64,000 bases of DNA from Octopus vulgaris. Lineage: Eukaryota. Of this stretch, positions 11,332 through 24,195 are shown in pieces. Within the stretch, counting starts at the first letter, position 1; each line of letters begins with the position of its first letter. The stretch spans positions 68,696,001 through 68,760,000 of the forward strand of contig OX597818.1 of assembly GCA_951406725.2 (NCBI GenBank), in the 5' to 3' direction. A model generated the notes under the pieces. The model made no database searches and was not told the origin of the DNA. It saw only the letters and a program-made list of their open reading frames with translations. Both the position numbers and the translations under genes were made by a program.

Positions 11332-12009
11332 GTGTATATATATATATATATGTAGATATATATATATACACTTTTTATCTCTCTCTCTCTCTTTCTATAA
11401 ATATATATATACACACACATACACACACACATATATATATACATATACATATGAATGTGTATATATATTTAGGTAGATAGATAGATAGATAGACACAACC
11501 TTTACAATATGGTTAAGTCATTCATTTCCAAATCACATGGTCTTGTGTTCAGTCCTGCTGTAAGGTACCCCGGCCAAATATCTTGTACCAGAACTTTGGG
11601 TTGGCCAGAGATACGTGTTTGAATGTGTTGGACAAAACCTGAAAGAATGCTATTGTACGTACATATATGTATATATACGTATATATATCGGTATGTATGT
11701 TTGTGCGTGTTTGTGTATTGTTGTCTTGAGATCATGCGATGGTTAGAGTGCAGCATCACAGTCATAAAAAGGAGATCTTTATTTCTGAACATGTCTGATG
11801 CCTCTTATGAAATATGTCTGGCCAAGGGATAGACTTGGAAACAGATGAAGGCTGACAACAAAAACACTTTCCAGCTGAAAAATATCTGTGTTAATAAATT
11901 CTCTCTGACAAAATACAAGTGCAGGCATTAGACACAAGAATGATGAGATAATATAAAAGAGGAAAGTGTAATACATGTATACATGTATGTATGAATCTAT
12001 GTATGTATG

Positions 12010-12043
<34 letters not shown>

Positions 12044-12057
12044 TGTATTTATGAATG

Positions 12058-12091
<34 letters not shown>

Positions 12092-12137
12092 TGTATGTAT
12101 GTATGTATGTATGCATATCTGTATGCATGTATGTATG

Positions 12138-12193
<56 letters not shown>

Positions 12194-12280
12194 AGAGTAA
12201 ACACATAAATGTGAAACAAGGTGGAAAAAGAGTAGTACTCAAATATGCTTTATTTAAAGCAGCAGAAAATTCAACAAAAC

Positions 12281-12317
12281 CTGTTACTCTGAGTTTCACG
12301 TTTCGTTCGTCGGACAG
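12281..12317 (-). ncRNA. Minimal type I hammerhead ribozyme motif (CCGACGA core variant)
   Basis: Reverse complement reads ctgt-CCGACGA-acg/aaa/cgt-GAAA-CTC-A-GAG-TA-acag: stems I and II pair perfectly, stem III palindromic, GUA cleavage triplet. Confidence 0.7.
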
Positions 12318-12334
12318 TTTTTGCTAGAAAAAAA

Positions 12335-12372
12335 CTGTCCGACGAATGGGAATATGAAACTCAGAGTAACAG
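12335..12372 (+). ncRNA. Minimal type I hammerhead ribozyme motif (CCGACGA core variant)
   Basis: ctgt-CCGACGA-atg/ggaa/tat-GAAA-CTC-A-GAG-TA-acag. Confidence 0.65.
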
Positions 12373-12405
12373 GTTTTGTTGAATTTTCTGCTGCTTTTAA
12401 ATAAA

Positions 12406-12451
<46 letters not shown>

Positions 12452-12454
<3 letters not shown>

Positions 12455-13288
12455 AAAGGCATAGGTAGAAATTCCATAAGATGTACCCAGCGCAAGGTTT
12501 GGACACATAAGAGGTTCAGTAATATCAGAGGAAGGTTAACAGGGAAAAATAGTTTATGAGCGCGGAAGCTGCACAGGTACAATAAACACTAAAATGTCCA
12601 GAAAATAGACTCCATCAAATGTCAGGTGAACAAGCTACAGGTAGTGGGTAGCTTCCATTATCTAGGTGACTAAGTTAGTAGTGGAGGTGGATACTCCCAG
12701 AGCGTAGCTGTGAGAATAAGATTAGGCTGGGCAACATTCAGAGAGTGCTGACCTCTGTTGGCCAAAAAGGGCCTGTCTCTTGGAGTGAAAGCCAGACTCT
12801 ATGATGCATCTATGCAAACAGCTGTGCTACGTGGCATTGAAACATGGGCCTTGACCAATGAGGACATGCGTAGGCTTGAAAGAAAGGAAGCTGGTCTGTT
12901 TTGCTGGATGTGCAATGTCAGTGTGCATGTGTGACAGAGTGTATATGCCTTGAGGAAAAAGTTGGGCATAAGAGGCATCAGATGTAGTGTGCAAGAGAGA
13001 TGACTGTGATGGTATGGTTATGTGATGTACATGAATGCGGACAGCTGTGTAAAGAAGGGACGATCTCCAACTGTGGAGGGGACATCATGTAGAGGTAGAC
13101 ACAGGAAGACATGGGATGAGGTGGTGAAGCATGATCTACAGATGTTGGACCTTTGGTGATATACCGTGCTTGAGAAGAAGACCCATGAAACCAAGTGAAA
13201 TCATAGCCGTGGTCAATGCCAGGGTCATATTACTGGCACTTGTGCTGGGGCCATGTAAGAGCAGATGTTAAATGATGCTGATGATGAT
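12452..13288 (+). mobile_element. Older degenerate RTE LINE copy, 5'-truncated inside the PHD finger
   Basis: Colinear with 9620-10400 (aggaaaggcataggtagaaattccataagatg.., ttccattatctaggtgac.., gaaacatgggcc.., aggaagacatgggatgaggt); many stops; starts at a (TA)n array and ends 'gatgttaaatgatgctgatgatgat'. Confidence 0.9.
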
Positions 13289-13302
13289 GTATTGAAATAC
13301 AT

Positions 13303-13418
<116 letters not shown>

Positions 13419-13420
13419 GT

Positions 13421-13458
<38 letters not shown>

Positions 13459-13817
13459 GATAATAATAATAATAATAATAATTATTATTATTATCATATA
13501 TGTAATTATAACAAGGGATTAGCTATAAGCTTCTCCACACACTAGAAATTGATGCCAAAATTCTGCATATATTTATTATAATGTTTGTAAAATTCACCTA
13601 TAAGGTTTTTATCTCTGCACTGGCCCCTTGGTAAAATCATTTATGATATTTACCCTTTATTATAATAAATATAGGTGAACACTCATTCACACACACACAC
13701 ATACATACACACATATAGACAAATCAAAATTACAAATTACAAAATCACGAAACTAAACATGGCGTACACATGAAATGCATAAGGGTGGCACTAAGAATAA
13801 GATGGCAAAATAATTGG

Positions 13818-13856
13818 GTGTGTAACGTTTCAAGAATGGCTCTTCATCAGAAAGAG
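13818..13856 (-). ncRNA. Degenerate minimal hammerhead motif (Penelope-like remnant)
   Basis: Reverse complement: ctcttt-CTGATGA-agagccattctt-GAAACGTTA-cac; core intact but stem I does not pair. Confidence 0.4.
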
Positions 13857-13929
13857 GAGAGAGGAAAGGTCCGGAGAGAATGAAAAGAAGTCTAAGAAAA
13901 GCAGTGGAGAGAGATAGAGAAAGTGTATG

Positions 13930-13969
<40 letters not shown>

Positions 13970-14122
13970 GTAAGCATGTTGGGTGTTTGTCTAAGTGTAA
14001 CTATCACCAACTCAGTGATAGGTGAGGATAATGTCATGTTTTGTCATGTTTTAAGAATGAAATGCCCCAGGATAATCACAGTTGATTGACTGAAACGGCT
14101 AAAGGGACAAAATAATAAAATA

Positions 14123-14175
<53 letters not shown>

Positions 14176-14855
14176 TGTGTGTGTGTGTGTAAATGTTTAG
14201 GTTTCCATTCAAACGTGTTTAAAACTGAAGCCAAAGAAATAAGTCAGTTTGCTTGAGTGAAGATAGTTTCAGAGATTTTCAAATATGTGAGTGAATTAAT
14301 GAATGCTTACATGAAAGAAATTGTCTGCATATATGTGCCCCCCGGCTCCTCCTCCTCCTCCTCCTCCTCCTCCTCCTCCTCATCATCATCATCATCATCA
14401 TCATCATTATCGTCGTCATCATCATCATCATGTGTGTATTTATGCTATAATGCTCAGATGATTGAGTGCTGTGTTTCTTCATTCCAAGACACAGAAACAG
14501 AAGAATTTGGAATGGTTTGCAAGTTTGCACTGGATTCATTTGAAGGATGTCGGTCAGTTTCTTTCGTCCTTTCTTGGAAGTCTCCGGCATTCCCAGACTT
14601 TTCAACAAATCTATTGTTACACAACAACACTGTTCTTATAACATAATAAATGATGATACTGACCTCATCGTCTGCACTGCTCTGGTGCAGCATAACTTGT
14701 TAGAAAAGCTTAAAAGAGTGGACAGAAAGTGGCCATAAGCCAAGTAAAGACAGACAACAATGAAAGCTAGATGTAAATTCACAGGATGTGGAATAAAGCA
14801 GAAAAAGACAGAAGAATGTACAGTAAAAGAGTCACAAAGAGGAAACGGTCCAATA

Positions 14856-15289
14856 GTGTAGGAGTGGAGGTGTGGTAAGTAACTTGCTTACCAGCCACAT
14901 GGTTCAGGGTTCATTCCCACTGCATGGCACCTTGGGCAAGTGTCTTCTACTATAGCCTCGGGCTGACCAAAGCCTTGTGAGTGGATGTGGTAGACAGAAA
15001 TTGAAAGAAGCCTGTTGTATATATGTATAAATATATATATATGTTATATATATATATATGTATGTGTGTATGTATATGTTTGTGTGTCTGTGTTTGTTCC
15101 ACCAACATTGCTTGACCACCGATGCTTGTGTGTTTATGTCCCCATAACTTACCAGTTCGGCAAAAAGAGACCGATAGAATAAGTACGAGGCTTACAAAGA
15201 ATAAGTCCTGGGGTCGATTTGCTCGACTAAAGGCAGTGCTCCAGCATAGCCGCTGTCAAATAACTGAAACAAGTAAAAGAGCAAAAGAG
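14856..15289 (+). mobile_element. tRNA-derived SINE, family A
   Basis: Full-length match to family A including internal TA/TG tract and 'gaaacaagtaaaagag' tail. Confidence 0.92.
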
Positions 15290-16068
15290 ATGTGTCAGGT
15301 GTAGTGTTGGTGAATTTTCAGAAGCAAGATGATAGACATAAATTTTAATTTATTATCAGTTCAGTTTTTGATATTTTTTTTTGTAGTTTTAGCCTGCTCT
15401 GGTCCATATTTCCTTCTCTCAGCACCTGCAATAAAGCAGCTTCCTTCTCTACTATACGCCTTCCAACTCAGTTTAGGAGGACTTTTAATTCTGCCACTTA
15501 CATGGTGACCTCACTTGTGCAGGTGCTATGGAAAGAGAACTTCATACACTGTCACACTATAAACTGGTGGGTCTTATGGAAAACATACACACATAGAAAC
15601 CATCTCAAAGTAGACACTGGAGTTCTGCACCATCTTTTGTCATTTTTTTAGCTGCTGCTAGGAATATGAATTGACATTTTCACCTATTAATAGACAAATT
15701 CCCACTAATATGTCACTCGTCATCATCTTCATCGTCGTCGTTTAACGTCTGCTTTCCATGCTGGCATGAGTTGGACAGTCATTTTCATAATCATAAGCAC
15801 AATTCAGTCAACAACATTGACTGTATTTTACATAAAGCTGTTGCTTTCAAAGATCTGTTCAGAGTTGCCTCTCTTAGGTACTTCCCATCGATAAAAGCCA
15901 GCAAGCTAGAAACATCCTGATAGATGGCGACACTGAACAGATAGGGTGTTTTCTCACCTTTTTACCATAAGTGAAAGATTTTCGCTATAGCAACAACAGT
16001 GAGTTTGCCTTTTAGCAGTTTAAACATAATTTAACTAACCTTATTTTTGCTTTTATATATATATATAT

Positions 16069-16069
<1 letters not shown>

Positions 16070-16111
<42 letters not shown>

Positions 16112-16690
16112 CCATTTAATTTCCATTGTTCATGCTGGCATGGGTTGGACGGTTTGACCAGGACTTGCAAGCTGGAAGGCTGCACCAGACTCCAGTCTAA
16201 TTCGGCATGGTTTTCTATGGTTTGATGCCCTTCCATACACCAACTACTCCGAGAGTGTAATGGGTGTTTTTTTTTAACATGTCACTGGCACCGGTGCCAT
16301 TTGCATGACACCAGTATCTGCCATGACTGCGATTTTGCTTGGTATGATGGGTCTTCTTCTCAAGCACGACATAATGCCAAAGGTCTTGGTCATCGTCTCC
16401 ACTTGAGGCCCAACGCTTGACAGGAACTCAGCCACTTTGCCCCCATGGGGCCCATTGCTCAAAAGGAACTCAGTCACCTTGCCTCTATGATACCCAACAC
16501 TCAAACGAACTCAGCCACTTTGCCCCCATGGGGCCCATTGCTCAAAAGGAACTCAGTCACCTTGCCTCTATGACACCCAACACTCAAACGAACTCAGCCA
16601 CTCTGCCCCCATGGGGCCCATTGCTCAAAAGGAACTCAGTCACCTTGCCTCTATGACACCCAACACTCAAACGAACTCAGCCACTTTGTC
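16070..16690 (-). mobile_element. RTE-related 3'-UTR fragment with long (GAT)n tail
   Basis: Reverse complement of 'ccgtccaacccatgccagcatg...ttaaatggtgatgatgat'; similar to 44190-44570. Confidence 0.75.
16424..16689. repeat. 83-bp tandem repeat (about 3 near-identical units, each a dimer of 41-42 bp subunits)
   Basis: 'gaactcagccac' recurs at 16424, 16507, 16590, 16673; 'gaactcagtcac' halfway through each unit. Confidence 0.9.
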
Positions 16691-16942
16691 TCGATGGGCT
16701 TCTTTCAGTTTCTTTTAGCCAGATCAATTCACAAGGCTTTGGTTGGCCTGGGGCTATAGTAGGAGAGACATTTAGGACATAGCACTATCATGACCCTTTC
16801 AATACCAACCTGCCTGGGACATTCCTTGCTTCTAGGATACAAACTTCCACTTTTAAAACGATCTAAATTAAAACCAATTAAATTTCAGGTTAATTTACAT
16901 TAAAAAACATGAGCTTAATAGAGACAAAATTATTTTACAGTT

Positions 16943-17345
16943 TGGGTTAGTGGTAAGAACTTTGCTTCCTAACCAGACGGTTCTGAGTTCAGTCCCACTG
17001 CGTTGTACTTTGGACAAGTGTCTTCTACCATACCCTCAAGCCCATCAAAGCCTTGCAAGTGAATTGGTTGACAGAAACTGAAAGAAACAGGCGGCGAGCT
17101 GGCAGAATCGTTAGCACTCCGGGTGAAATGCTTAGCAGTATTTCGCCCGTCGCTATGTTCTGAGTTCAAATTCTGCCGAGGTCGACTTTGCCTTTCATCC
17201 TTTCGGGGTCGATAAATTAAGTACCAGTTACGCACTGGGGTCGATGTAATCGACTTAGTCCGTTTGTCTGTCCTTGTTTGTCCCCTCTGTGTTTAGCCCC
17301 TTGTGGGTAGTAAAAAATAAGAAACTGAAAGAAACATGTCATATA
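16943..17345 (+). mobile_element. Family A SINE 5' part, interrupted by a family B SINE
   Basis: gtggtaagaactttgcttcc..gagttcagtcccactg..ttggacaagtgtcttctac..gacagaaactgaaagaa; resumes after 17319. Confidence 0.75.
17090..17319 (+). mobile_element. tRNA-derived SINE, family B, full length with 17-bp TSD
   Basis: ggcggcgagctggcagaatcgtt..GTTCAAATTC..gcctttcatcctttcggggtcgataaattaagtacc..gccccttgtgggtagtaaaaaata; TSD agaaactgaaagaaaca at 17073-17089 and 17320-17336. Confidence 0.95.
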
Positions 17346-18399
17346 TATATGTATATAGATATATGTGTGTGTGTGTATATATATATTAATTAATAAATGA
17401 TAATTTATTAACTAGTTCTTTGTTTTCTCATCTTATCATAAATAAATATATATAAACCAGGGTTTATATAGTTACCTTGCAGTTGACTATTATCTGTAAT
17501 GTTCAACATTCTTTGTATAGGTAACTAACCAGTATTTTCTTGGGATTTTGATATCCCTGAATGAAGTTTGTAACTTTTATTTGTGCTATATATATAGCTA
17601 GATAGATAGATAGATCTTCACAACTGGTGTTGGAGCTGGTTCACTTCACTTATGGCCAGCATGGCCATAATTTAATGACTTAAATAAGTAAAAGATAGAA
17701 TATATGGAATATTTTGTTTTTTTTTTTAGTTTTCTTTTCATTTTGTGTCTCGAGTAAAGAGAATTTTCTAAGTTTTAAAACTAACACCTATATGCAAATT
17801 AGTTTGTCTGCTTGTAATTAATAAGTTGTGTACCATTTTCTTGTGGCTTCAGGATACACACACTGTTGGCAGAGCAGTGGGAATATTTTGGAGAAGATTA
17901 AAAACACTCAACAAGTGAAAAGAAGAAAAAAAAGAAAAAGAAAAAAAATCACCTCTGAAAATTTTTACAAAATATGAGAGATTTTTAATTTACAAGCTGT
18001 TTAAAAGCAAATTATAAGTTTTTGCAAATACCATAGGGCCTCACATATGTAATATAGTAAGTTGAAAAACTTCAATCAACTGAGATTATCCTAACAATTA
18101 TTAGACAAAATCTCCCTCTGGGGGGATGTACAAAATTTAATGGTAACAAGCAATGGGGGTTGCTCAAATAAGATTAGGTGATTGAAGTTTTGGGCCAATG
18201 TAGACAATGATAGGTTGGTAAGAGTGGAATTCACTAAACTTTATTCTCTCTTGGCATTTTCAGACACTGAAATATCAGTTGTGTCTATCATGTTATGATA
18301 TGTAAAACTAGTTGGGTGTTTAAGGTGTCTACTTTGCAACCAAGTGACTCCAGGTTTGATCCGCTTATACAGCATCTCGGAAGTTGCCTTCTATCCTAA

Positions 18400-18950
18400 T
18401 CTTCTCTCATCTCATGTATATACTCAGAGCTGGCTTTAGATTAATCCAATGTGCTTGTTCTCTTCTATCAGCCCCGCAATGTGTGATTAATTTGTTTCTA
18501 AAGTACAATATGAAGCCTCTTTTACCAACCATAAAATGTCTACCCCTCTCCTTTCCCCTTCAATATGTACCTCCTTCTCCCAACCCTTTGGTGCACACCC
18601 TCTTCATGCAACCCTTCTATATGTGCTCTTTTCCCCCAGCCTAGCAAAGTGCACGCTTTTCTCCCAGCCCTTCAGTGAGTGACCATTCCTTCTTGCAGTC
18701 CAACAATAAGAGACAACAACTCCAATTGTTTCTACAATACTCACCAGCCAGCACCCTCATTACACCAGATGAAAAATGACGTTGAATAATTATAATTAAT
18801 TTGCTATCAATAAGCCTAAACATTTTAAGATCCTGTCCATCATTGAGTAAATCTGTCACTTGGTAAAATTTGAAATATTTCACAGCAAATTATGTGGCAG
18901 ATCATCACATCATACAAACCTCTCTCATAAAGTGTCCTTCCTTTTGTATT
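18400..18950 (-). mobile_element. Highly degenerate RTE-like LINE fragment
   Basis: Minus strand gives EGERRG(R)..W-type C-terminal remnant ('gaaggggaaaggagaggggtagac..tgg'); otherwise eroded. Confidence 0.35.
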
Positions 18951-19221
18951 GTTCCAAGAGTGATCCCATCTGCTCTCTTACTAAATTTTCATGGTTTTGA
19001 TTGGATTTAGAAGCTTTGCACAAGAATATTTGCAGGAACCATGGTCTGAGCATCTCAGGCATACACCTAGTTTGCCTAATGTTTAGTATTAGATAATCCC
19101 ATATATGTTTTGGGATAGTTATCTTAGAATTAATGTATGAGCCAAATTAACAAATCAGCTTTGGGTTGTTGCTTTTGGTAAACATTGCTTTTAAATGATT
19201 CTAATTCTGGAATTAATGCAA

Positions 19222-19405
19222 GGCAGTGAGCTAACAGAATTGGTTGCAGCATTTAAACCATTTTTATGTTGTCAGTTCAAATTCCAACGAGATTGGCTTT
19301 GTCTTTTATCTTTTTGGGGGTCAAATACATAAGTACCAGGGGTTGATGTAATTGTCGACCCCTTCCTTCAAAATTGCTGGCCTCGTTCCAAAAAGTAGAA
19401 AGAAT
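19222..19405 (+). mobile_element. Family B SINE, degenerate
   Basis: ggcagtgagctaacagaatt..agttcaaattcc..ctttgtcttttatc..gggggtc..aagtaccagggg. Confidence 0.65.
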
Positions 19406-20248
19406 TATGGAATTAATGTTGTTTATTGCTAATGAAACAGATGTTGAGCACAATTCAGTTATGAACGAGAAGCAAAGTTATGGATTTCTGCTTTTACTCA
19501 CACACACACATCTAAATGCATGTATGTATATAAGTATGCATGATGTGGGCATGTATGTGTGTCTGAGTGACTGCCCACATTCCATGCTTCTTCCCAGACT
19601 CACTGAGCAGTGGACGGTGGCGTTCTTTACCTTCCCCTGGTAGCAATTCATCCAATGGCTCAATACTTTCAAGCGCAACTGAAATGAAATCTTCCTTACA
19701 TGAAAAAAGGTGAAAGTTTGTGACAAGAAAGACATGCAGCTGTAACAACGAGGCACCAGTAATGTGTGTATATATCTAACCTGCAGTGGCATAGAGGAAC
19801 CGATTGAAGTAAACAAATAAACAATTGAGGAAAGATTTATCAGCCCCAGCGGGACAAAAGTGAACATTGACCTAATCTGGGATCGAACTCAGAAAATAAA
19901 GAAATAAAAGCACAATTCACCATAACTAGCACAAAATTTAGACAGAAAGAGACAAGACCAACATTTCAAAGAATATTTAGAGCTGTGGTGGGCTTCAAGT
20001 TTGACTACTGTGATACCCTAAGCTTCCTAATAATAGAAATATTCTTAGTTTCATTTCACAGAATTCCTCTGAAGACTTCAAAACTGATAAAAACATTCTT
20101 AGAACAATTTCTTCTTTAGCACCCAGTCATTTATATCGGCAGCCACAGTTCAATAGTTGTAAGATTAGCAATTCCCTTGTTATCAAAGGAATATATACAT
20201 ATATACATATATACGTGTATATATGTGCATATACATACATACATGCAG

Positions 20249-20288
<40 letters not shown>

Positions 20289-20368
20289 GTATACATACAT
20301 ATATATATATGCATATGTATACATATACATATGTATATGCATATATATGTGAGTGTGAGTATCTATCA

Positions 20369-20402
<34 letters not shown>

Positions 20403-20420
20403 TAATCTATCTATCTATCT

Positions 20421-20462
<42 letters not shown>

Positions 20463-20477
20463 ATATATATATATATG

Positions 20478-20551
<74 letters not shown>

Positions 20552-21147
20552 CATATATACACCTATGCATACACACACACGCACACACATACATATCCAT
20601 CTACATAATTGTGTGTGTGTGTGTGTGTATACATAGATTGATAGATAGATGATGAATTAAGCGGTAACAAAACAAAAACAGAGAAATATAAAGATTTTTT
20701 ATAAAAAAAACAACCATCCTGTTTCTATTTATACTTACAGTAAATACATTTATTTTCCTTTCTCCCTCTCCCTCCTCCTTCTCTCTCTCTCTCTCTGATT
20801 CTCTCTTGCACCACCCTATCCCTCCCCCGCTCCCTCTTTTTTCTTTCTTTGTTTTTTTTTTGTTTTTTTAGGTTTGTTTTCGTGTCATTTCTGCCACAAA
20901 TGGTAAAGAACTCTTGTTTGTTTCATCAATCTATGTGCCAATCAGATGTCATGTTTCCAGCCACTCTGCTAGTGCCATCATTTGTCTGGCTCTAATTCTC
21001 CTGACGATGATATACTTACTACCACCAGCTAGAGACACACTCATACATACTTACATACATACATAATATATATATATATTCACACATATATACACACACA
21101 TACACACACACACATATACTCACCTATATATATGCAAATATGTATAT

Positions 21148-21189
<42 letters not shown>

Positions 21190-21331
21190 GTACACACACA
21201 CACACACACACAAACACACACATCCAAGTTCTGAAGTGTAATATATTTGGAATCAACTTTAGTTTCCTATAAATTCTACCAAAAACACTTCAGTTAGCTG
21301 TTTTCACTAAATATATAATAGCATTATTATT

Positions 21332-21363
<32 letters not shown>

Positions 21364-21380
21364 CATTATTATTATTATTA

Positions 21381-21430
<50 letters not shown>

Positions 21431-22849
21431 GTTATTGTTGTTATTATTATTATATAATAAGATTAGTTCTAAAATAACTATTATGTTTCTGCTATGATGA
21501 TGACGACAACAGAAATGGTGACCAGAGCCAGAATGGCTACCACCACCACCACCACCACCACCACGATGACAAGGAGGATATTTTGAATTTTTTGCTGCTG
21601 TTGTTGTTGTTGTCGTCGTTTGTGGTGGTTCTGGTTGTGATGGAGGCATTTGATGTTATTGGAAATAAGAGAGAGAGAGAGAGAGAGAGATGAAAACTGT
21701 GAGGAATTCAATGTTTTGGTTACATGTCTGTCGTTGTCTGTTGTGTAGCAGATGCCTTGTGTTTAGTCACCTGTGTTTCTTTTATTTAATCAGTAAAAAG
21801 TTTCAGGGTGACTCATGGCCAGAGAGTCTCATGCATTTGCACTCATCATCATCATCGTCATTGTCATCGTCATTGTCATCATGGTCGTCGTCTGCTGTGA
21901 TTGTGAAGACTTGTTGAACCAAGTAAAAATCATAGTCATGTCCGATACCAGCGCTATCTAACTGGCACCTGTATATTTGAATTTGTCCTCCGTTACTGTT
22001 GGTAGCTCCTTGGTGTGTTTCAGCCAATAACGCTATTGCAGCTGAGCGTTTGTTTTTCATTGTTAGAAGTGGAGATATCTAAAATATAATATCTGATATG
22101 ACCTGGTGTTCAGCATGATAACAGTGGCCAGAAAACCTTTCTCTGCATTGAGCAACATTAGTAGAGAGAGGTGGTCAAGCAAGTGAAGCTAATTGAGTTG
22201 TTCTTTTTTTTTTATGAATCATGGAAGAATGAGAGTGAATGACAACTCAATTTTAATCTACAAATTTGATAAGCAAAAATAAATTCTGAAAAACCCTGCC
22301 ACAACTGTTTTTCTTCAGAGATTTTAGGGAGGTAGAATGTAATCAAATGATTTGATACTAGTGTGTTACTAATGTTGATTTAAATGTTCTCTTAGGAATG
22401 GAAAGGAACGGTAAAACAGAGAAAAGAAGGAAAATGTCTGTCAACATTTGAATCGAGAACAAGAAGGAGATGGTTAAATTCTTTCAAGCATTATGTTTAA
22501 TGCTCTACTATTTCTCTGCCAGGCGAAATGTAATGGATATATAAGGGAAGATAAATGGATTGGAGAATGGGCAAGAATACTGCCAGAGACATTAATAGCA
22601 GAAAGGAAAAGAAAGAGTTATAACAAGGAATCAATATCAAATTGTGGGCTGAATTTGTTGAAGTTTTGAACTTTTCTTCCTCAAAATAGAAATTCTTCTC
22701 TTCAGTAAAGTAGTGGTACCATTCTCAGGTACTCTACCTGCCAAATGTCTTTCAATCACACTCTGCTATCTTGAAAGCATGAAGAACACCCAAAATACTG
22801 GAGTCTTGGATAATTAGCCCTCCGTCAGTTATAACGAGGAAGACTCCAG

Positions 22850-23122
22850 TTGATTCAATCAATGGAACAGCCTGCTTGTGAAATTAACGTGCAAGTGGCT
22901 GAGTACTCCACAGACATATGTATCTTTAAAATAGTTCTTAAGGACATTCAACATGGCACAAAATGTGACAAGGTTGCCTTCCCTGGTTGAATAATTACAG
23001 GTAGAAGTCATTTTCGGAGCAACATGGAATAAAGTACCTTGCTCAAGGTTACAATGCATCCCCAGAAATCGAACTCACAACCTTATGATTGAATTATGAA
23101 CCGAATACTCTAACCATTAAGT
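22850..23122 (-). mobile_element. tRNA-derived SINE, family D
   Basis: Minus-strand head cttaatggttagagtattcg..gtgagttcgatttctggg..gtaaccttgagcaaggtactttatt; a related fragment lies at about 27380-27530. Confidence 0.7.
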
Positions 23123-23128
23123 GACAGT

Positions 23129-23530
23129 AGGCGTAGGAGTGGCTGTGTGGTAAAAAGCTTGCTTACCAACCACATGGTTCCGGGTTCAGTCCCACTGCAT
23201 GGCACCTTGGACAAATATCTTCTACTATAGCCCCGGGCCGACCAAAGCCTTGTGAGTGGATTTGGTAGACGGAAACTGATTGAAGCCTGTTGTATATATG
23301 TATATATGTGTGTGAGTGTGTTTGTGTGTCTGTGTTTGTCCCCACCAACATCGCTTGACAACCGATGCTGGTATGTTTACGTCCCCATCACTTAGCGGTT
23401 CGGCAAAAGAGACCAATAGAATAAGTACTAGGCTTACAAAGAATAAGTCCTGGGGTTGATTTGCTCAACTAAAGGCAGTGCTTCAGTATGGTCGCAGTTA
23501 AATGACTGAAACAAGTAAAAGTGTAAAGAG
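23129..23530 (+). mobile_element. tRNA-derived SINE, family A
   Basis: ggcgtaggagtggctgtgtggtaa..ggttccgggttcagtcccactg..gaaacaagtaaaagtgtaaagag. Confidence 0.92.
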
Positions 23531-23962
23531 TATATCATCATTGGCATCCAAGACATATTGTGACTGGTCAATGTTCCCATTCTGGAACAATTTTGACTTA
23601 ATCAAGGCTGACCTCATGCTCCATAACAACATTAAGAAGTATTTATCAGACACTGGCCATTGCGAAGTAAGGGAGCCTGTAAGTGATTGTTCAACAGGCT
23701 AGAAATAACAGCCAAATCAGTTTCAGTTGCACCTTATGCTTTTGTACCTTTATATAAATACACCAGAAAAATTGCAGAATATTAAACTAGATGGTGAGAC
23801 AACTAAAGCACCAACTTCTTGGTTCTGAAGTAAAATCTTGACAATTTCTTCTTCACCATTGTTCCTCATTCCTAAAATGTCAATTCAGACAACAACATTA
23901 ATATACTACCATTCCTTAACTCTACAAAAACCTTTGTGATTTTACATCAATAAATGAATATT

Positions 23963-24195
23963 TATTTTTTTGTTACCCACAGGGGATTAAACATAGAGGG
24001 GACAAACAAGGAGAGACAAAGGGATTAAGTCGATTACATCGACCCCAGTGGATAACTGGTACTTATTTAATCGACCCTGAAAGAATGAAAAGCAAAGTCA
24101 ACCCCGGTGGAATTTGAACTCAGAACATAATGGCAGATGAAATACTGCTAAGTATTTCGCCTGGCATACTAACAATTCTGCCAGCTCACCGCCCT
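23963..24195 (-). mobile_element. Family B SINE, full length, eroded TSD
   Basis: Reverse complement of family B; flanks tcaataaatgaatatt (23947-23962) / tcaatatgggaatatt (24196-24211). Confidence 0.88.

Larger units (their letters stand above)
12191..12410. mobile_element. Asymmetric fold-back element with paired hammerhead motifs (copy 2)
   Basis: Same unique segment (ccagagtaaacacataaatgtgaaacaaggtgg), inverted arms about 12244-12322 / 12330-12410; flanked by (TA)n. Confidence 0.82.

Noticed and set aside
14257-14646. 129-aa ORF with poly-Ser as a host exon
   Set aside because: Built on (CCT)n/(CAT)n repeats; remainder has no recognisable domain or clear splice context
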